A DNA stretch of 64,000 bases from Candidatus Sulfomarinibacteraceae bacterium (GTDB taxonomy: Bacteria > Acidobacteriota > Thermoanaerobaculia > Thermoanaerobaculales > Sulfomarinibacteraceae). The position numbers and the translations under genes are program-made. How positions within the stretch are numbered: the first letter of the stretch is position 1; every line of letters starts with the position of its first letter. Location of the stretch: positions 160,001-224,000 of the forward strand of contig CAWCLO010000001.1 in assembly GCA_963796455.1 (NCBI GenBank). Reading direction: 5' to 3'. A model generated the notes under the pieces. That model saw nothing but the letters and a program-made list of their open reading frames with translations. It was not told where the DNA came from and made no database searches. Below, one piece after another: positions 62,997-64,000 of the stretch.

Positions 62997-64000
62997 ATGA
63001 ACCTGACCTTACGAGTGTTTCTTGCTCTGGCCGCCGGACTCATCGTGGGCGTCGTTGTCGCGGTGCTCAATCGACCGGCATTATTCGCCGCCGTCTCCGT
63101 AGTCGAACCGGTCGGGACGCTCTGGGTCAATGGAATCCGGATGACGGTTATCCCCCTTGTCGTGTCCTTGTTGATATCGGGCATCGGCTCCGGTTCGCCG
63201 TCGCACGCGGGCAGAGTAGGCGGTCGTGCTGCGATCTGGTTCGTACTCCTCGTCACCGGCGGCGCTCTGTTCACCGCGTTGGCCGCCCCTCCCCTGCTCG
63301 CGTTGGCACCTCTCGATCCGGATGCTTTCATGTCGCTCAGAGAGTCAGCGCCATCAACGGAAATCGAGCTGCCGCCGTTTCGAGATTGGATCGTTGATCT
63401 GGTTCCATCCAACCCGGTGGCGGCGGCGGCAAAAGGTGCCATGCTACCGCTGATCGTCTTCTCGGCAATTTTCGCCCTGGCGGTCACTCGACTCAGAAAA
63501 GAGCATCGCGAAACATTGGTCAACTTCTTTACCGCCATATCGAGGGCGATGTTGGTGATCGTGGAGTGGTTGTTGTTCGTGGCCCCTGTGGGTGTCTTCT
63601 TCCTCGTTCTGCCGCTTGCGGCGCGCACTGGAATCGACCTTGTCGGGGCAATGGGTTTCTTTCTGTTGGTGGTCTGTGGGCTGATCACGATCACGCTCGT
63701 TGCTCTGTACCCGGTGGCACGCTGGTTTGGTGGCGTCTCGATGCTGCAATTCGCGCGAGCGTGCGTGAAGCCCCAGGCTGTGGGTTTCAGCACCCGATCG
63801 TCGTTGGCATCGCTGCCGGCGATGCTCGAGGCGGCCGAGCACGACCTCGGACTCGAACCCAAGGTGAGCGGCATCGTGCTACCCGTGGCCACCGCACTCT
63901 TCAAATACGCATCGCCGGTGGCACGTATCACCGGCACATTCTTTGTCGCGCGTCTGTTCGGCGTCGACCTCGGCCCAGCAGAGATCGCTGTGATTACTGC
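62997..64000 (+). CDS. Dicarboxylate/amino acid:cation symporter (DAACS), truncated by the window end
   Basis: MNLTLRVFLALAAGL..., IRMTVIPLVVS, DLVPSNP, MLPLIVFS, FSTRSSLASLP. Confidence 0.9.
   Translation, partial: MNLTLRVFLALAAGLIVGVVVAVLNRPALFAAVSVVEPVGTLWVNGIRMTVIPLVVSLLISGIGSGSPSHAGRVGGRAAIWFVLLVTGGALFTALAAPPLLALAPLDPDAFMSLRESAPSTEIELPPFRDWIVDLVPSNPVAAAAKGAMLPLIVFSAIFALAVTRLRKEHRETLVNFFTAISRAMLVIVEWLLFVAPVGVFFLVLPLAARTGIDLVGAMGFFLLVVCGLITITLVALYPVARWFGGVSMLQFARACVKPQAVGFSTRSSLASLPAMLEAAEHDLGLEPKVSGIVLPVATALFKYASPVARITGTFFVARLFGVDLGPAEIAVIT

Overview
GC-rich bacterial chromosomal window with no rRNA, tRNA, CRISPR array, transposase or phage gene that I can see. Gene content and a recurring '(I/V)F.D(G/S)FESG....W' motif suggest Acidobacteriota (Thermoanaerobaculia-like); this is inference only. 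Most genes encode transporters, regulators and exported hydrolases/peptidases. Three things stand out. (1) A family of six related intergenic elements. One complete ~820-bp copy (46801-47620) carries a four-helix-bundle (23S-IVP/bAvd-like) gene between inverted CAGCG-rich arms, with a long hairpin covering its RBS. Five shorter copies exist, and two of them keep the same last 15 codons of that gene at an identical deletion breakpoint, suggesting a transposase-less mobile element with MITE-like derivatives. (2) A bacillithiol operon (bshC-bshB1-bshA) tightly embedded between an exported 825-aa PIG-L hydrolase plus a 48-aa membrane peptide and a sodium:solute symporter, suggesting a thiol salvage/transport system. 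(3) A shared FESG terminal tag on three unrelated secreted proteins. Also present: an ACC-synthase-like PLP enzyme and a degenerate/intact M14 peptidase pair. Several genes are broken by 1-bp indels in homopolymers, most likely sequencing errors. All functional calls come from motif recognition by eye; no database searches were run.
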